From contig CALOCZ010000028.1 in the NCBI GenBank assembly GCA_942491935.1, positions 95,719 to 159,718 on the forward strand: a stretch of DNA of 64,000 nucleotides, read 5' to 3'. The number at the start of each line of letters is the position of its first letter. Positions within the stretch are counted from its first letter, which is position 1. Source of the stretch: an uncultured Cytophagales bacterium (GTDB lineage: Bacteria > Bacteroidota > Bacteroidia > Cytophagales > Cyclobacteriaceae). Below are positions 1 to 10,212 of this stretch, one piece after another. Below the pieces are notes generated by a model. That model ran no database searches, was not told the origin of the DNA, and saw only the letters and a program-made list of their open reading frames with translations. Made by a program: the position numbers and the translations under genes.

Positions 1-84
1 ATCATTTTCCCTTCTTTAATTATTTTTAACCATTATATTTATAAATTTAGGTGAGGATAATATTAAAATGAACAAACAGTTGTA

Positions 85-1107
85 ATGCCAAAAGGAATCC
101 AGAAACTAATATTTGCCATAGGGATAATGATCCTGAGTATACTATTTGGATCTGCCGGCTTCCACCTTATTGAGGGTTATACCTGGATTGATTCATTTTT
201 TATGGCTGTTATTACCATTTCAACTGTTGGTTTTGCCACCATCGATCCTCTCGAGCCCATGGGTAAAATATTTGTCAGTCTGTATATTATTTTAAACCTG
301 GTAATTTTTGCCTATGTGATTTCCGTGATCACCAGCTATCTTTTTGAAGGTGGATTGCGGAATATATTTCGTAAATTTATCATTGACAGAGAAGTAAATA
401 AAATGAAAGATCATGTTATTGTCTGCGGTTATGGCAGGAACGGTTCAAAAGCCTGCGAAGAACTCACCCTGAGTCGAAAAGACTTTGTGGTAATTGAAAA
501 TGATGAGGATATTATAAACTCTTTACCTGATGATGGCAGTATTCACCTGGTGGTCGGGGATGCAACAGATGATGAAATTCTGAAACTTGCAAAAATAGAG
601 GTTGCAGAATATATTATTATTACTTTGCCCAGGGACTCTGACAATGTTTTTATAACCCTTACCGCAAGGGAATTAAATCCCGACATACATGTTATTGCCA
701 GGGCTTCCGATCCCAATTCAGAAAAAAAACTGATACGGGCCGGAGCTCATAATGTAATATTACCTGATGTATTGGGTGGTTTGCATATGTCACAGTTGAT
801 CACGAAACCTTATGTTATAGAATTTCTAGACCTTTTAAACGGGGTTTCTTCCCAGGAACTTCATTTGGAGGAAATTGAGTTCGAAAATATAAAGGGTAGT
901 TTTCAAAATAGAACAATTGGTGATCTAAATGTTCGGGCGGAATCTGGTGTTTCGATCATTGGAGTTAGACGGGGAGAAAAAGGATTTTCATTTAATCCAG
1001 GTCCGGATACCATTATAAACCAGAACTCCATTCTCATTGTTCTGGGTAATAAAAACCAGATAGAGAAGTTCAGCGAGCTATACCTGAATAATAAGAGCCT
1101 GAAATAA
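85..1107 (+). CDS. two-TM potassium-channel-like protein with cytoplasmic RCK (TrkA-N/TrkA-C) domains
   Basis: 340-aa ORF. Two N-terminal TM helices flank a pore-helix/filter segment (WIDSFFMAVITISTVGFATIDP), followed by a Rossmann motif VIVCGYGRNGSKA and a TrkA-C-like tail. Confidence 0.8.
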   Translation: MPKGIQKLIFAIGIMILSILFGSAGFHLIEGYTWIDSFFMAVITISTVGFATIDPLEPMGKIFVSLYIILNLVIFAYVISVITSYLFEGGLRNIFRKFIIDREVNKMKDHVIVCGYGRNGSKACEELTLSRKDFVVIENDEDIINSLPDDGSIHLVVGDATDDEILKLAKIEVAEYIIITLPRDSDNVFITLTARELNPDIHVIARASDPNSEKKLIRAGAHNVILPDVLGGLHMSQLITKPYVIEFLDLLNGVSSQELHLEEIEFENIKGSFQNRTIGDLNVRAESGVSIIGVRRGEKGFSFNPGPDTIINQNSILIVLGNKNQIEKFSELYLNNKSLK

Positions 1108-1524
1108 TCAGTGAATGGTCATTTGATGCGTCCTTGATCGTGTCGTTCCGGCAATTACAGAATTATATATAGCCAGGGAAGGGATGTAGGCTTCACTTCC
1201 GGCTAGCAAAGCACTATCCTCCAGTTTCTTGACGAGTTGTTTCATCGGTTTTAAGATCTTAGAAATAGATTCTATAAGACGAAGGTCTTTTCGGATCTCT
1301 TGTACATCAATATGGGAAGGGACCAGGTCAGGATATGTATCTGCGAAATCCAGGACTTCATGTATGAAGTCAATGTTCTTCATACTAACTTTTGGCAGAG
1401 AAGAAAGTTCTTCATTAGTAAGGGATACCAAAGTAGGTAATTTAGCATTGATCCGATCGATAGCTGCAATAATTTCATTGATCTGATCCTGGGAAATGGT
1501 TGAAGAAATGAAATTGCTGTACAT
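1108..1524 (-). CDS. hypothetical protein
   Basis: 138-aa ORF filling the gap between flanking genes. No motif recognised. Confidence 0.4.
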   Translation of the reverse strand: MYSNFISSTISQDQINEIIAAIDRINAKLPTLVSLTNEELSSLPKVSMKNIDFIHEVLDFADTYPDLVPSHIDVQEIRKDLRLIESISKILKPMKQLVKKLEDSALLAGSEAYIPSLAIYNSVIAGTTRSRTHQMTIH

Positions 1525-1621
1525 AGTAAGTGAAATTTTGGTTAGGTCTCATAATAATAACGATATAGGATGCCAAAAAAGTTTCAGAAAACCTGAATTG
1601 ATTATTATTTTTTTTAAAAAA

Positions 1622-2524
1622 TTAATTTCGCCTTCCTTTATTGGCCAGCAGTACTCCAATAATTATGAATATCATACCAATATAATGCTGAGTAAGCAGT
1701 ACTTCATTATCGATGAGACCCAAAATAACTGCCACAACAGGAATTAGATAGGTCACTGAACTTGAAAAGACTATATTGGTAATTTTTACCAGTTTGTTGA
1801 AAAGGATTAGGGATATGGCCGTGCCAATTACCCCGAGAAATACGATATAGCCGAATGGGATTAAATTATGCATATCTGACCGTAGGGTTTGCAGTACATC
1901 TGCGTAAAATAAAAGGTATATCAGAGAAAACGGTCCTATCAACATCATAGAGAAGCTTGTAATATACACAGGCCGAATATCGCCAAGGTAATACTTCAGA
2001 ATATTCACATTAAAACCATATAAAATAGTTGCCAGAACGATCAGTAGAGCATAATAATTGATCTGAGTAAGGTCATAGCCAGTTCCAGCTGTTACCAGAA
2101 GAATGGAACCTAAGAAGCCTATGAATATTCCAAGCTTTATCCGGTTATTAAACCTGGCCCCTACAAGTACGGCTCCGATCAGTATTGTGAAAAATGGGGT
2201 TAATGCATTCAATACCCCTGATAATGAACTATCTATTCTGGTTTGTGCTAAAGGAAACAGAAATGCAGGGATCAGACTTCCAAAAAACCCGCTGGCAAAT
2301 AGAAAAATCCATTGTTTGCGAGTTTTGATTTCACGTAAATTTCGTATGGCAATTGGAAAAAGAAACAAAGAAGCTGAAAATATCCTTAGGGCGGCGATCT
2401 CTCCCGGATCGAAGGCAATCAGCCCTTTCTTCATTAACATAAAAGAGCTACCCCAAATGATGCTTAAAATTATAAGAAGAGACCAGGCTACTAAGGGAGT
2501 ACTGCTTGATTTTTGATCAATCAT
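1622..2524 (-). CDS. EamA/DMT-superfamily transporter
   Basis: 300-aa protein with about 10 TM helices and the duplicated EamA-like architecture. Confidence 0.75.
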   Translation of the reverse strand: MIDQKSSSTPLVAWSLLIILSIIWGSSFMLMKKGLIAFDPGEIAALRIFSASLFLFPIAIRNLREIKTRKQWIFLFASGFFGSLIPAFLFPLAQTRIDSSLSGVLNALTPFFTILIGAVLVGARFNNRIKLGIFIGFLGSILLVTAGTGYDLTQINYYALLIVLATILYGFNVNILKYYLGDIRPVYITSFSMMLIGPFSLIYLLFYADVLQTLRSDMHNLIPFGYIVFLGVIGTAISLILFNKLVKITNIVFSSSVTYLIPVVAVILGLIDNEVLLTQHYIGMIFIIIGVLLANKGRRN

Positions 2525-3519
2525 CAGGCTAAGGAATATTCATTAACAAAAATGGTTCCTATTTTATCAAGCAGATTTATGATTTCATCATATGACTCAA
2601 GTTGAACGAGTTGATTTCTATATGGCTTAAAGTTTGGTATGCCACGAAAATAGTTAGTATAATGCCTCCGCATTTCATAGATCCCTTTCCTGTCACCTTT
2701 CCAATCTACTGAAAAAGATAAATGTTTTTTAACAGCGTTTATTTTTTCTGTTAGGGATGGAGGAGCTAATTTTTGACCTGTTTCCAGATAATGTTTAATT
2801 TCATTGAATATCCATGGATTTCCAATGGATGCGCGACCGATCATGATGCCATCGACATTGTATTTATTTTTAAATTCAAGTGCTTTTTCGGGTGAATCAA
2901 TATCCCCGTTACCAAAAACCGGAATATGTATGTCAGGTGAATCTTTCACATTGCTGATATATTCCCAATTGGCTGTACCTCTATACATTTGTTTTCTGGT
3001 CCTGCCATGAATGGTCAATGCTTTTATACCCACATCCTGTAACCTCTTGGCTACTTCCATTATCTTAATGTTGTTTTCATCCCAACCCAACCTTGTTTTC
3101 ACAGTAACAGGAATACCTACCTGGTCCACGATTTCCTTTGTCATGGTCTGCATCTTAGGAAGATCCAATAATATTCCGGCACCAGCGCCCTTACATGCTA
3201 CCTTTTTAACAGGACATCCATAATTTATATCGATGATTTCAGGATTGGCTTTCTCAGCTTTTTCTGCTGCCCTGCGCATAGAATCTATCTTATCTCCAAA
3301 GATCTGTATGCCGATTGGGCGTTCATAGTCGAAAATATCTAATTTTTCAAGGCTTTTATCTGCATCCCTAATAAGACCTTCAGCAGAAATAAATTCTGTA
3401 AACATCAAGTCAGCCCCATTTTCTTTACATAATGCCCTGAAGGGAGGATCACTTACATCCTCCATGGGTGCTAATAGTAATGGAAAGTTGCCTAACTCTA
3501 TGTTTCCTATTCTAACCAA
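2524..3519 (-). CDS. dusB: tRNA-dihydrouridine synthase
   Basis: 331 aa. N-terminus LAPMEDVSDPPFR, NYGCPVKKV and HGRTR motifs are typical of Dus-family flavoenzymes. Confidence 0.85.
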   Translation of the reverse strand: MVRIGNIELGNFPLLLAPMEDVSDPPFRALCKENGADLMFTEFISAEGLIRDADKSLEKLDIFDYERPIGIQIFGDKIDSMRRAAEKAEKANPEIIDINYGCPVKKVACKGAGAGILLDLPKMQTMTKEIVDQVGIPVTVKTRLGWDENNIKIMEVAKRLQDVGIKALTIHGRTRKQMYRGTANWEYISNVKDSPDIHIPVFGNGDIDSPEKALEFKNKYNVDGIMIGRASIGNPWIFNEIKHYLETGQKLAPPSLTEKINAVKKHLSFSVDWKGDRKGIYEMRRHYTNYFRGIPNFKPYRNQLVQLESYDEIINLLDKIGTIFVNEYSLA

Positions 3520-3556
3520 AGATTTATTTCTTTAAAAATGTAAATTTACACCAATT

Positions 3557-4498
3557 ATGCAAATAACTACCAAAAATCCACTGTATAGCGAACCACCAAA
3601 ACCCTGGTATTCAATAATTATTCTGGTCTTGATGTTTTTTGCCGGGATGTTTATAGGACAATTTCTCGGGCTCTTTATATCGATATTTACTACTGATCTA
3701 AGCTTGTCTGAAGTACCGGAACTACTTTCATTGCCTTTGACTGAAGAAAAAAAGGCGGCCATCTTGATGTTGCAGGGGCTTGGGGCTTTTGGAGGTTTCA
3801 TTATAGCCGGTCTTGTATACCTTGTAGTCGTAGAACGGATTCAATTATCGGCCTTATTTAGCCTGAAGCAAATAAATCTTTGGGCCATACTTTTAACTAT
3901 AGTAATAGTTATTTCATTCATGTTCGTTAATACTGTGTTTATTGAATGGAATATGAACTTCACTTTTCCGGGATTTTTGGGCGGTTTTGAGGAATGGGCC
4001 CGCGAGAAAGAAGAAGAGTTAAAGTTGATAACTGATTTCCTGACTGAGTTCAATTCTTTTAGTCAGTTCATCATAGTATTTATTATAGTTGCTGTTATAC
4101 CTGGCATTGGGGAAGAGTTGATATTTCGTGGTATCCTGCAGAATAAATTTCATTTGTTTTTTAAGAATATTCATGTAGCAATTATCGTAACTGCAATTTT
4201 GTTCAGCGGCTTTCACATGCAGTTCTTCGGTTTCTTGCCAAGGCTTTTCCTGGGCATATTATTTGGATATATCTATTACTGGTCAGGGAATATATGGTAT
4301 CCAATTTTAGGACATTTTATCAATAATGGGTTCACTTTAATACTGATCTATTTATATCAGACAGGGTATATTGGAATTGATATTGATGTTCAGGAAGCAT
4401 ATCCTCTAAATATTATCCTGATATTTTCCGTTATTACAATTTATATGTTATTTTCCTTCCGGAAACAATTCAAGTATCAAAAATCGGCAAATGAGTAA
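3557..4498 (+). CDS. CPBP-family intramembrane glutamic endopeptidase (CAAX protease-like)
   Basis: Polytopic membrane ORF with EELIFRG and HFINN motifs. Confidence 0.75.
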   Translation: MQITTKNPLYSEPPKPWYSIIILVLMFFAGMFIGQFLGLFISIFTTDLSLSEVPELLSLPLTEEKKAAILMLQGLGAFGGFIIAGLVYLVVVERIQLSALFSLKQINLWAILLTIVIVISFMFVNTVFIEWNMNFTFPGFLGGFEEWAREKEEELKLITDFLTEFNSFSQFIIVFIIVAVIPGIGEELIFRGILQNKFHLFFKNIHVAIIVTAILFSGFHMQFFGFLPRLFLGILFGYIYYWSGNIWYPILGHFINNGFTLILIYLYQTGYIGIDIDVQEAYPLNIILIFSVITIYMLFSFRKQFKYQKSANE

Positions 4499-4697
4499 AT
4501 GGCAGACCGTGTTTTCAACACCATTATTGCATAAAGCTGAAATTGTAAAAGGTGTTTTGGAAGAACATAATTTGAATCCTGTTATCATTGATAAACAGGA
4601 TAGTATGTATAAATTTGGATATTTCGAGGTACTTGTTAATCCTGATGAGGTCATCAAAGCTATAAAGATAGTTGAGAATGAGATTAACATTGAATAG
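4491..4697 (+). CDS. small DUF2007-like protein
   Basis: 68-aa ORF overlapping both neighbours by a few nt. The N-terminal pattern W..V....L..AEIVKGVLEE resembles DUF2007 proteins. Confidence 0.5.
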   Translation: MSKWQTVFSTPLLHKAEIVKGVLEEHNLNPVIIDKQDSMYKFGYFEVLVNPDEVIKAIKIVENEINIE

Positions 4698-5511
4698 ATA
4701 TAATAACCTTACCCAGCGCCTGGTTACCGGGTTAATTGGTGCCGGGTTGGTGATATATGCTTCATATTTCAGTGAATGGACATATTTTGCTGTTTTTCTG
4801 GTAATCTGTTGTCTTTCAATCCTGGAATTCTACAGGCTCACTGGATTGGATGGCATGTTGCCTTTGAAGTATATCGGTTCTTTAAATGCCATTTTAATAT
4901 TTGTGTTATCTTTCTTTGTTGAGAAAGGGATCTGTGACCAAACCCTTTATTTCATAATATTTCCATCCATTGCTCTGATTTTTCTGATCAAACTTTATAA
5001 AAAGGAAAAGAAACCTTTTACTAACATTGCTTATACTTTATTGGGTATTATTTATGTGGGTTTACCTTTTGCATTATTGAACATAACCGTTTATGCTGAT
5101 GGAGGGTATAACTATCAAATCATCATTGGTATATTATTGCTCCTTTGGGCATCTGACACAGGAGGATATATTGCAGGTGTGTTATTTGGTCGAACCAAGC
5201 TTTTTGAAAGGGTTTCGCCTAAAAAGTCCTGGGAAGGAATGATAGGCAGTTTCATTCTGGCTATGGTTATCGCAACATTTATAGGTAAGTATTTTGATGT
5301 GATGAGCTGGTATCAGTGGTATTTAGTAGCAGTTATTATGGTTGTGGCAGGAACTTATGGCGATTTGGTTGAGTCTTTGTTTAAAAGAAGCATAGAAATT
5401 AAAGATTCAGGAACCAGCCTGCCGGGACATGGAGGTTTTTTGGACCGTTTTGATGGTTTGCTTATTTCAATTCCCTTTATTGTATTCTTATTGAAGATTT
5501 TTATTTTCTAA
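4678..5511 (+). CDS. cdsA: phosphatidate cytidylyltransferase
   Basis: Polytopic membrane protein with C-terminal SLFKRS..IKDSG..LPGHGG.LDR.D signature. The ATG at 4678 is preferred over the TTG at 4672 used by the ORF track. Confidence 0.85.
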   Translation: MRLTLNRYNNLTQRLVTGLIGAGLVIYASYFSEWTYFAVFLVICCLSILEFYRLTGLDGMLPLKYIGSLNAILIFVLSFFVEKGICDQTLYFIIFPSIALIFLIKLYKKEKKPFTNIAYTLLGIIYVGLPFALLNITVYADGGYNYQIIIGILLLLWASDTGGYIAGVLFGRTKLFERVSPKKSWEGMIGSFILAMVIATFIGKYFDVMSWYQWYLVAVIMVVAGTYGDLVESLFKRSIEIKDSGTSLPGHGGFLDRFDGLLISIPFIVFLLKIFIF

Positions 5512-5599
5512 TTGAATAAATAATTATAAAAAAAGAACATTATTTTTAACAATTCCGTAATTTTAGCACCGATTTAGGTCATTAAATTTTTGATTTGCT

Positions 5600-6874
5600 A
5601 TGTCTTATATTGAACCTGCTCCTATTAAAGATAAAGAAAATCCTTTCGAATCCATGATGTTTCGATTCAGTATTGCAGCTGAAAAACTTGGATTAAATGA
5701 AGAAATCTATAATGTTTTAAAATCACCTGACAAACAAGTAATTGTTAGTATTCCGATAACAATGGATGATGGATCCGTAAAGGTGTTTGAAGGATTCCGG
5801 GTGATCCATTCCAATATATTGGGTCCTTCAAAAGGGGGAATTCGGTATGATATGCATGTTAACATTGATGAAGTTAAGGCTCTCGCTGCATGGATGACCT
5901 GGAAATGTGCTATAGTGGATATCCCGTTTGGTGGTGCAAAAGGCGGTATAAAATGCAACCCTATGGAAATGTCATCAGGTGAAATTGAAAGACTGACCAG
6001 GGCATATACTACAGCCATGTTTGGAGTTCTTGGACCTGACCGTGATATTCCTGCTCCTGATATGGGGACAGGGCAGCGGGAAATGGCCTGGATGATGGAC
6101 CAATACTCCAGGTACCAAGGGATAACCGTAGCCGGTGTAGTAACTGGTAAGCCTCTCATTCTTGGCGGTTCACTCGGACGGATGGCCGCTACCGGACGGG
6201 GTGTAATGGTTTCTGCATTATCTGCCATGGAGAAATTGAAGATCAATCCATACAATAGCAAATGTGTAATCCAGGGATTTGGTAATGTAGGTTCCCATGC
6301 TGCCTTACTTATGGAGGAAAGAGGTTCCAAAATAATTGCTATATCAGATATTAGCGGTGCTTATGTAAATGAAAAAGGGATCAATATTGAAAAAGCCATA
6401 AAATATGCAAGTAATAACCGTGGATTGCTTGATGGCTATAATGAAGCCGATAAAATAAATGGGGAGGATATTCTGGAGTTGAAGACAGATGTACTTATCC
6501 CTGCCGCTATGGAGGATGTGATCACTCTTGGCAATGCGGATAAGATCGATGCAAAACTGATTGTAGAGGGAGCCAACGGCCCTACCGCAGCAAAAGCGGA
6601 TGAGATCATCGCAAAAAAGGGGATTATGGTCATACCAGATATATTGGCCAATGCAGGAGGCGTTACTGTTTCTTATTTTGAATGGGTTCAGAACCGTCTG
6701 GGATATAAATGGACCAGGGAACGGGTAAACAGAAGGTCTGACAGGATCATGAAGAGTTCCTTCAATAACGTTTATGATATTTCGACAAAGTATGATGTAT
6801 CTTTGAGGATAGCTGCATATATGGTGGCCATTGATAAAATAGCCAGAGCTTACAGCCACCGTGGTGGTTTCTAA
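5600..6874 (+). CDS. gdh: Glu/Leu/Phe/Val dehydrogenase family (glutamate dehydrogenase)
   Basis: 424 aa with the GPSKGGIRY and PFGGAKGG catalytic region and the GFGNVG dinucleotide fold. Confidence 0.85.
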   Translation: MSYIEPAPIKDKENPFESMMFRFSIAAEKLGLNEEIYNVLKSPDKQVIVSIPITMDDGSVKVFEGFRVIHSNILGPSKGGIRYDMHVNIDEVKALAAWMTWKCAIVDIPFGGAKGGIKCNPMEMSSGEIERLTRAYTTAMFGVLGPDRDIPAPDMGTGQREMAWMMDQYSRYQGITVAGVVTGKPLILGGSLGRMAATGRGVMVSALSAMEKLKINPYNSKCVIQGFGNVGSHAALLMEERGSKIIAISDISGAYVNEKGINIEKAIKYASNNRGLLDGYNEADKINGEDILELKTDVLIPAAMEDVITLGNADKIDAKLIVEGANGPTAAKADEIIAKKGIMVIPDILANAGGVTVSYFEWVQNRLGYKWTRERVNRRSDRIMKSSFNNVYDISTKYDVSLRIAAYMVAIDKIARAYSHRGGF

Positions 6875-6888
6875 AGATAAGTACATTT

Positions 6889-7554
6889 ATGAGTATACAT
6901 AAAGAAGGTTTTAGGATTCTCGTATTTCTGATTTTATTATTACTTGTTCTTAACCTGTTGATCAGGCATTTTTTCCTTGAGGATATGGTTCTGAGGTATT
7001 TTGTGATATCCGCCAGTCTACTGGTTTTCTTTTTTGTATTACAGTTTTTCAGACATCCAAACGTTAAGGTTCCCTACAATGACAATCACATTCTTGCACC
7101 TGCTGATGGAAAGGTGGTTGTAGTTGAAAAGACTATTGAAGAAGAATGTTTAAAGGATGAAAGGATACAGATCAGTATTTTTATGTCGCCTTTAAATGTG
7201 CATGTAAACAGAAGCCCGGCAGAAGGGATTGTAAAATACTTTAAATACCACCCAGGGAAATACTTAGTAGCCTGGCATCCAAAGTCCAGCACATTAAATG
7301 AGCGTACCACTATGGTATTAACCCTGAAAAATGGATTGGACATAGTCGTAAGACAAATTGCAGGGATAATGGCCCGAAGGATCAAGTTCTATGTTAAAGA
7401 AGGTGATAAGCTTGACCAGGGAGCTGAATTCGGATTTATACGTTTTGGGTCCAGGCTTGATGTTTTCCTTCCTACTAATGCTGATATCCAAATAAAACCA
7501 GGGACAGTTGCCAGGGCCGGGCGGACAGTTCTGGCGATTATAAATGAATCATAA
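6889..7554 (+). CDS. psd: phosphatidylserine decarboxylase family protein (short form)
   Basis: 221 aa. N-terminal TM segments and an FGSRLD self-cleavage-type motif near the C-terminus. Confidence 0.8.
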   Translation: MSIHKEGFRILVFLILLLLVLNLLIRHFFLEDMVLRYFVISASLLVFFFVLQFFRHPNVKVPYNDNHILAPADGKVVVVEKTIEEECLKDERIQISIFMSPLNVHVNRSPAEGIVKYFKYHPGKYLVAWHPKSSTLNERTTMVLTLKNGLDIVVRQIAGIMARRIKFYVKEGDKLDQGAEFGFIRFGSRLDVFLPTNADIQIKPGTVARAGRTVLAIINES

Positions 7555-7648
7555 GGTCTGATAAAACCTTTCTTTCCCACCGGATCAAAAACGATCAGAA
7601 CCAGATCAATTCTTTAAATATTTGCATCTTTTTTGGAAAGGAAGAAAC

Positions 7649-8161
7649 TTACAGCATAGCTTTGTAGCCCTTCTCTTCTACCTCGTCAGCCAGTGTTTCT
7701 ACCTTTTCCCTCATCTTATCTTTGAATTCGGCTAGTTTCTCAGCTATTTCAGGCTCACCTGTTCCAATGATCTGGGCTGCTAAAATTCCAGCATTCCTTG
7801 ATCCATTGATTGCGACTGTTGCAACGGGTACTCCGGGAGGCATTTGTAGAATAGCCAATACGGCATCTAAACCACCAGGTGAATTGCCAGCTTTGATGGG
7901 AACACCTATAATAGGTAGTGTTGTAAACGCAGCTACGACTCCTGGTAGATGCGCAGCCATTCCTGCCCCTGCTATAATCACCTTTATGCCCCTGTCTTTA
8001 GCTCCTTCAGCAAGTTTCATCACTCGATGAGGAGTTCTGTGGGCTGAAAGGGTTGTAAGTTCATAACCTATTCCCAATTCTTCCAATACTTCTGGAGCCC
8101 CTTTCATAATAGGTAAATCTGATTTGCTTCCCATTAAAATGCTTACAAGTGGTGTGCTCAT
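7649..8161 (-). CDS. purE: 5-(carboxyamino)imidazole ribonucleotide mutase
   Basis: 170 aa with ILMGSKSDLP, SAHRTP and AGMAAHLPGV motifs. Confidence 0.9.
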   Translation of the reverse strand: MSTPLVSILMGSKSDLPIMKGAPEVLEELGIGYELTTLSAHRTPHRVMKLAEGAKDRGIKVIIAGAGMAAHLPGVVAAFTTLPIIGVPIKAGNSPGGLDAVLAILQMPPGVPVATVAINGSRNAGILAAQIIGTGEPEIAEKLAEFKDKMREKVETLADEVEEKGYKAML

Positions 8162-8244
8162 AATTATATTTTTAATTTATTGATAAATACTAAAATTTGT
8201 TTCGACAGTTTCTGAGGGATAAAATAAATGAATGTTCTTTATTT

Positions 8245-8910
8245 TTACTTATAAATTAACACAAAAAATATCAGCCAGAGGAAAAACCACAGTACATAGG
8301 AGGAGAGAACTATGTAGAGTGATATATCAAATCGCTTACGTGATAGAAATTGAATGCCATATACCAGAATAGCCCAATATAAGACCTCGAATATATTTAT
8401 TGCCTTCAATGGATAATGCCATGCATCCGGCACTTCCCTGTAATCAAAAAGATTAATTAAAGATAAGGGATAAAAAGCCTTTACATCCCAAATTTCAGGA
8501 TCCGTTTCAATAAATACAAACCATCCGATCTTTAGCAATTCAGCGCCGAAAAAAATACATTCGGCGAACATGACCAATTGCCAGAGTTTGGAGTAAAACA
8601 CTTTATACCCGAACATAAAGCAACCTACCCATAAGATAAAGGCAATCACAGTGAATTTATACAAGTATACAATCGGGATTGAGAAATACTGAAGTGCATT
8701 AATGAAATGATAAAACCCCATTTGTCCTCTTTGTTCCAGAATTTCAAAGGCTGCAATTTGACTCTCGATGAAACTTTTCTTGAGATAAAGCAGTAAAAAA
8801 GTTATCAGGCATAGAAAAACAAAAAAAAGCCGTTTATCTATGGCTGTGAATTCTTCAAAAATACCTTTAAGTGGATTCTCGGATGTGCTCATTGTAATGA
8901 CAACAGTCAA
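8245..8910 (-). CDS. hypothetical polytopic membrane protein
   Basis: 221-aa ORF with about 5 hydrophobic helices. The start could be the downstream Met (MSTSEN). Confidence 0.5.
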   Translation of the reverse strand: MTVVITMSTSENPLKGIFEEFTAIDKRLFFVFLCLITFLLLYLKKSFIESQIAAFEILEQRGQMGFYHFINALQYFSIPIVYLYKFTVIAFILWVGCFMFGYKVFYSKLWQLVMFAECIFFGAELLKIGWFVFIETDPEIWDVKAFYPLSLINLFDYREVPDAWHYPLKAINIFEVLYWAILVYGIQFLSRKRFDISLYIVLSSYVLWFFLWLIFFVLIYK

Positions 8911-9036
8911 TAATATTTATGGTAAAACAAAACAAAAAAGTCCATATCATGTCATTAATCTTTATAGAATTGATGTATTCTTTCAATTTTTTAAAAATAT
9001 ATTTGTTATAGTATTAAGATACTCCTGAATTATTTA

Positions 9037-10212
9037 ATGAGCCGGTTATTGTGGATTTCTTTAATGTTGCTGTTTTTGCCTTTAATAGCAGAGGCTGATA
9101 AAAACCCGGATGAGGATACCACACAGGTACTTCTTCTTGAGGACATAAATATTCAGCTTGAAGCTACTCAGGCCATTAATGATATGTACAATTTTCAATT
9201 TGCCCAGGCGGAAAAACAATATCGCTGGATCAAGCAGAAATATCCAAATCACCCCTTATCCTATTTCCTTCTCGCCCTGAGCGAGTGGTGGAAGATCGCA
9301 GTGAATGTTGAAAACACACAATATGATGAAAAATTTGAAGCTTATCTTGATACAGCAATACTAAAAGCAGAGCTAATCTACCAATTACCTCAGTTTAAAG
9401 TAGAAGGGGCTTTTTTCCAGTCTGCAGGCTGGGCATTCAAAGGCAGGCTTTACGCTGAACGCAAAAAATGGGGGAAAGCTGCAAGCGCTGCCCGAAGCTC
9501 TTTAAAATATCTTGATGATATAAAGGATAAAGATTACCTGAGCCCCGAGCTTCTCTTTGGGGATGGTTTATATAATTATTTCACGGTGTGGATCAGGGAT
9601 AATTACCCCATGTTGAAACCCATTATGGCCTTTTTCAAGAAAGGCGATAAAGAGTTGGGATTGGAACAGCTACGTACCGTTGCAACACATGCATTTTATA
9701 CACGTACTGAGGCACAATATTTTCTGATGAGAATTCTTGCGTATGAGGAAAAAGATATGGGTGCCGCATTACAGATCTCGCAATATTTGTATGAAACTTT
9801 TCCTCAGAATGCATTTTTTCACAGATATTATGCCCGGCTGCTATATTCCACTGGTCAGATCCGGAGAACTGAGTTGGAATCATTGTTGATACTTGCACGA
9901 ATTGACAGTGGGAATACTGGTTATGAAGAAGTTTCAGGACGATATGCAGCATTTTATCTTGGACAGATCTATGAGCAAAGGCGCAATTTTGATAAATCAA
10001 AATATTATTATAGCAAAACAATTGATTTTGCTGAGGATGTTGGAGCTACGGATTCCGGATACTATCTTTATTCCCTTATTGGACTTAGTGAGATTGCTGT
10101 TTCGGAGGGAGATAAAAAAACCGCAGAAGAGTACCTCAAGCGGGTTAAAAAGGAATCCAAGAAAAAGCACCCCGCCAATAAACGGGCACGAAAACTATTG
10201 AAAGAGCTATAA
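9037..10212 (+). CDS. secreted TPR-like repeat protein
   Basis: 391 aa with a signal peptide (LMLLFLPLIAEA) and helical repeat-like Y/F/L-rich composition. The stop overlaps the next start (ATGA). Confidence 0.5.
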   Translation: MSRLLWISLMLLFLPLIAEADKNPDEDTTQVLLLEDINIQLEATQAINDMYNFQFAQAEKQYRWIKQKYPNHPLSYFLLALSEWWKIAVNVENTQYDEKFEAYLDTAILKAELIYQLPQFKVEGAFFQSAGWAFKGRLYAERKKWGKAASAARSSLKYLDDIKDKDYLSPELLFGDGLYNYFTVWIRDNYPMLKPIMAFFKKGDKELGLEQLRTVATHAFYTRTEAQYFLMRILAYEEKDMGAALQISQYLYETFPQNAFFHRYYARLLYSTGQIRRTELESLLILARIDSGNTGYEEVSGRYAAFYLGQIYEQRRNFDKSKYYYSKTIDFAEDVGATDSGYYLYSLIGLSEIAVSEGDKKTAEEYLKRVKKESKKKHPANKRARKLLKEL

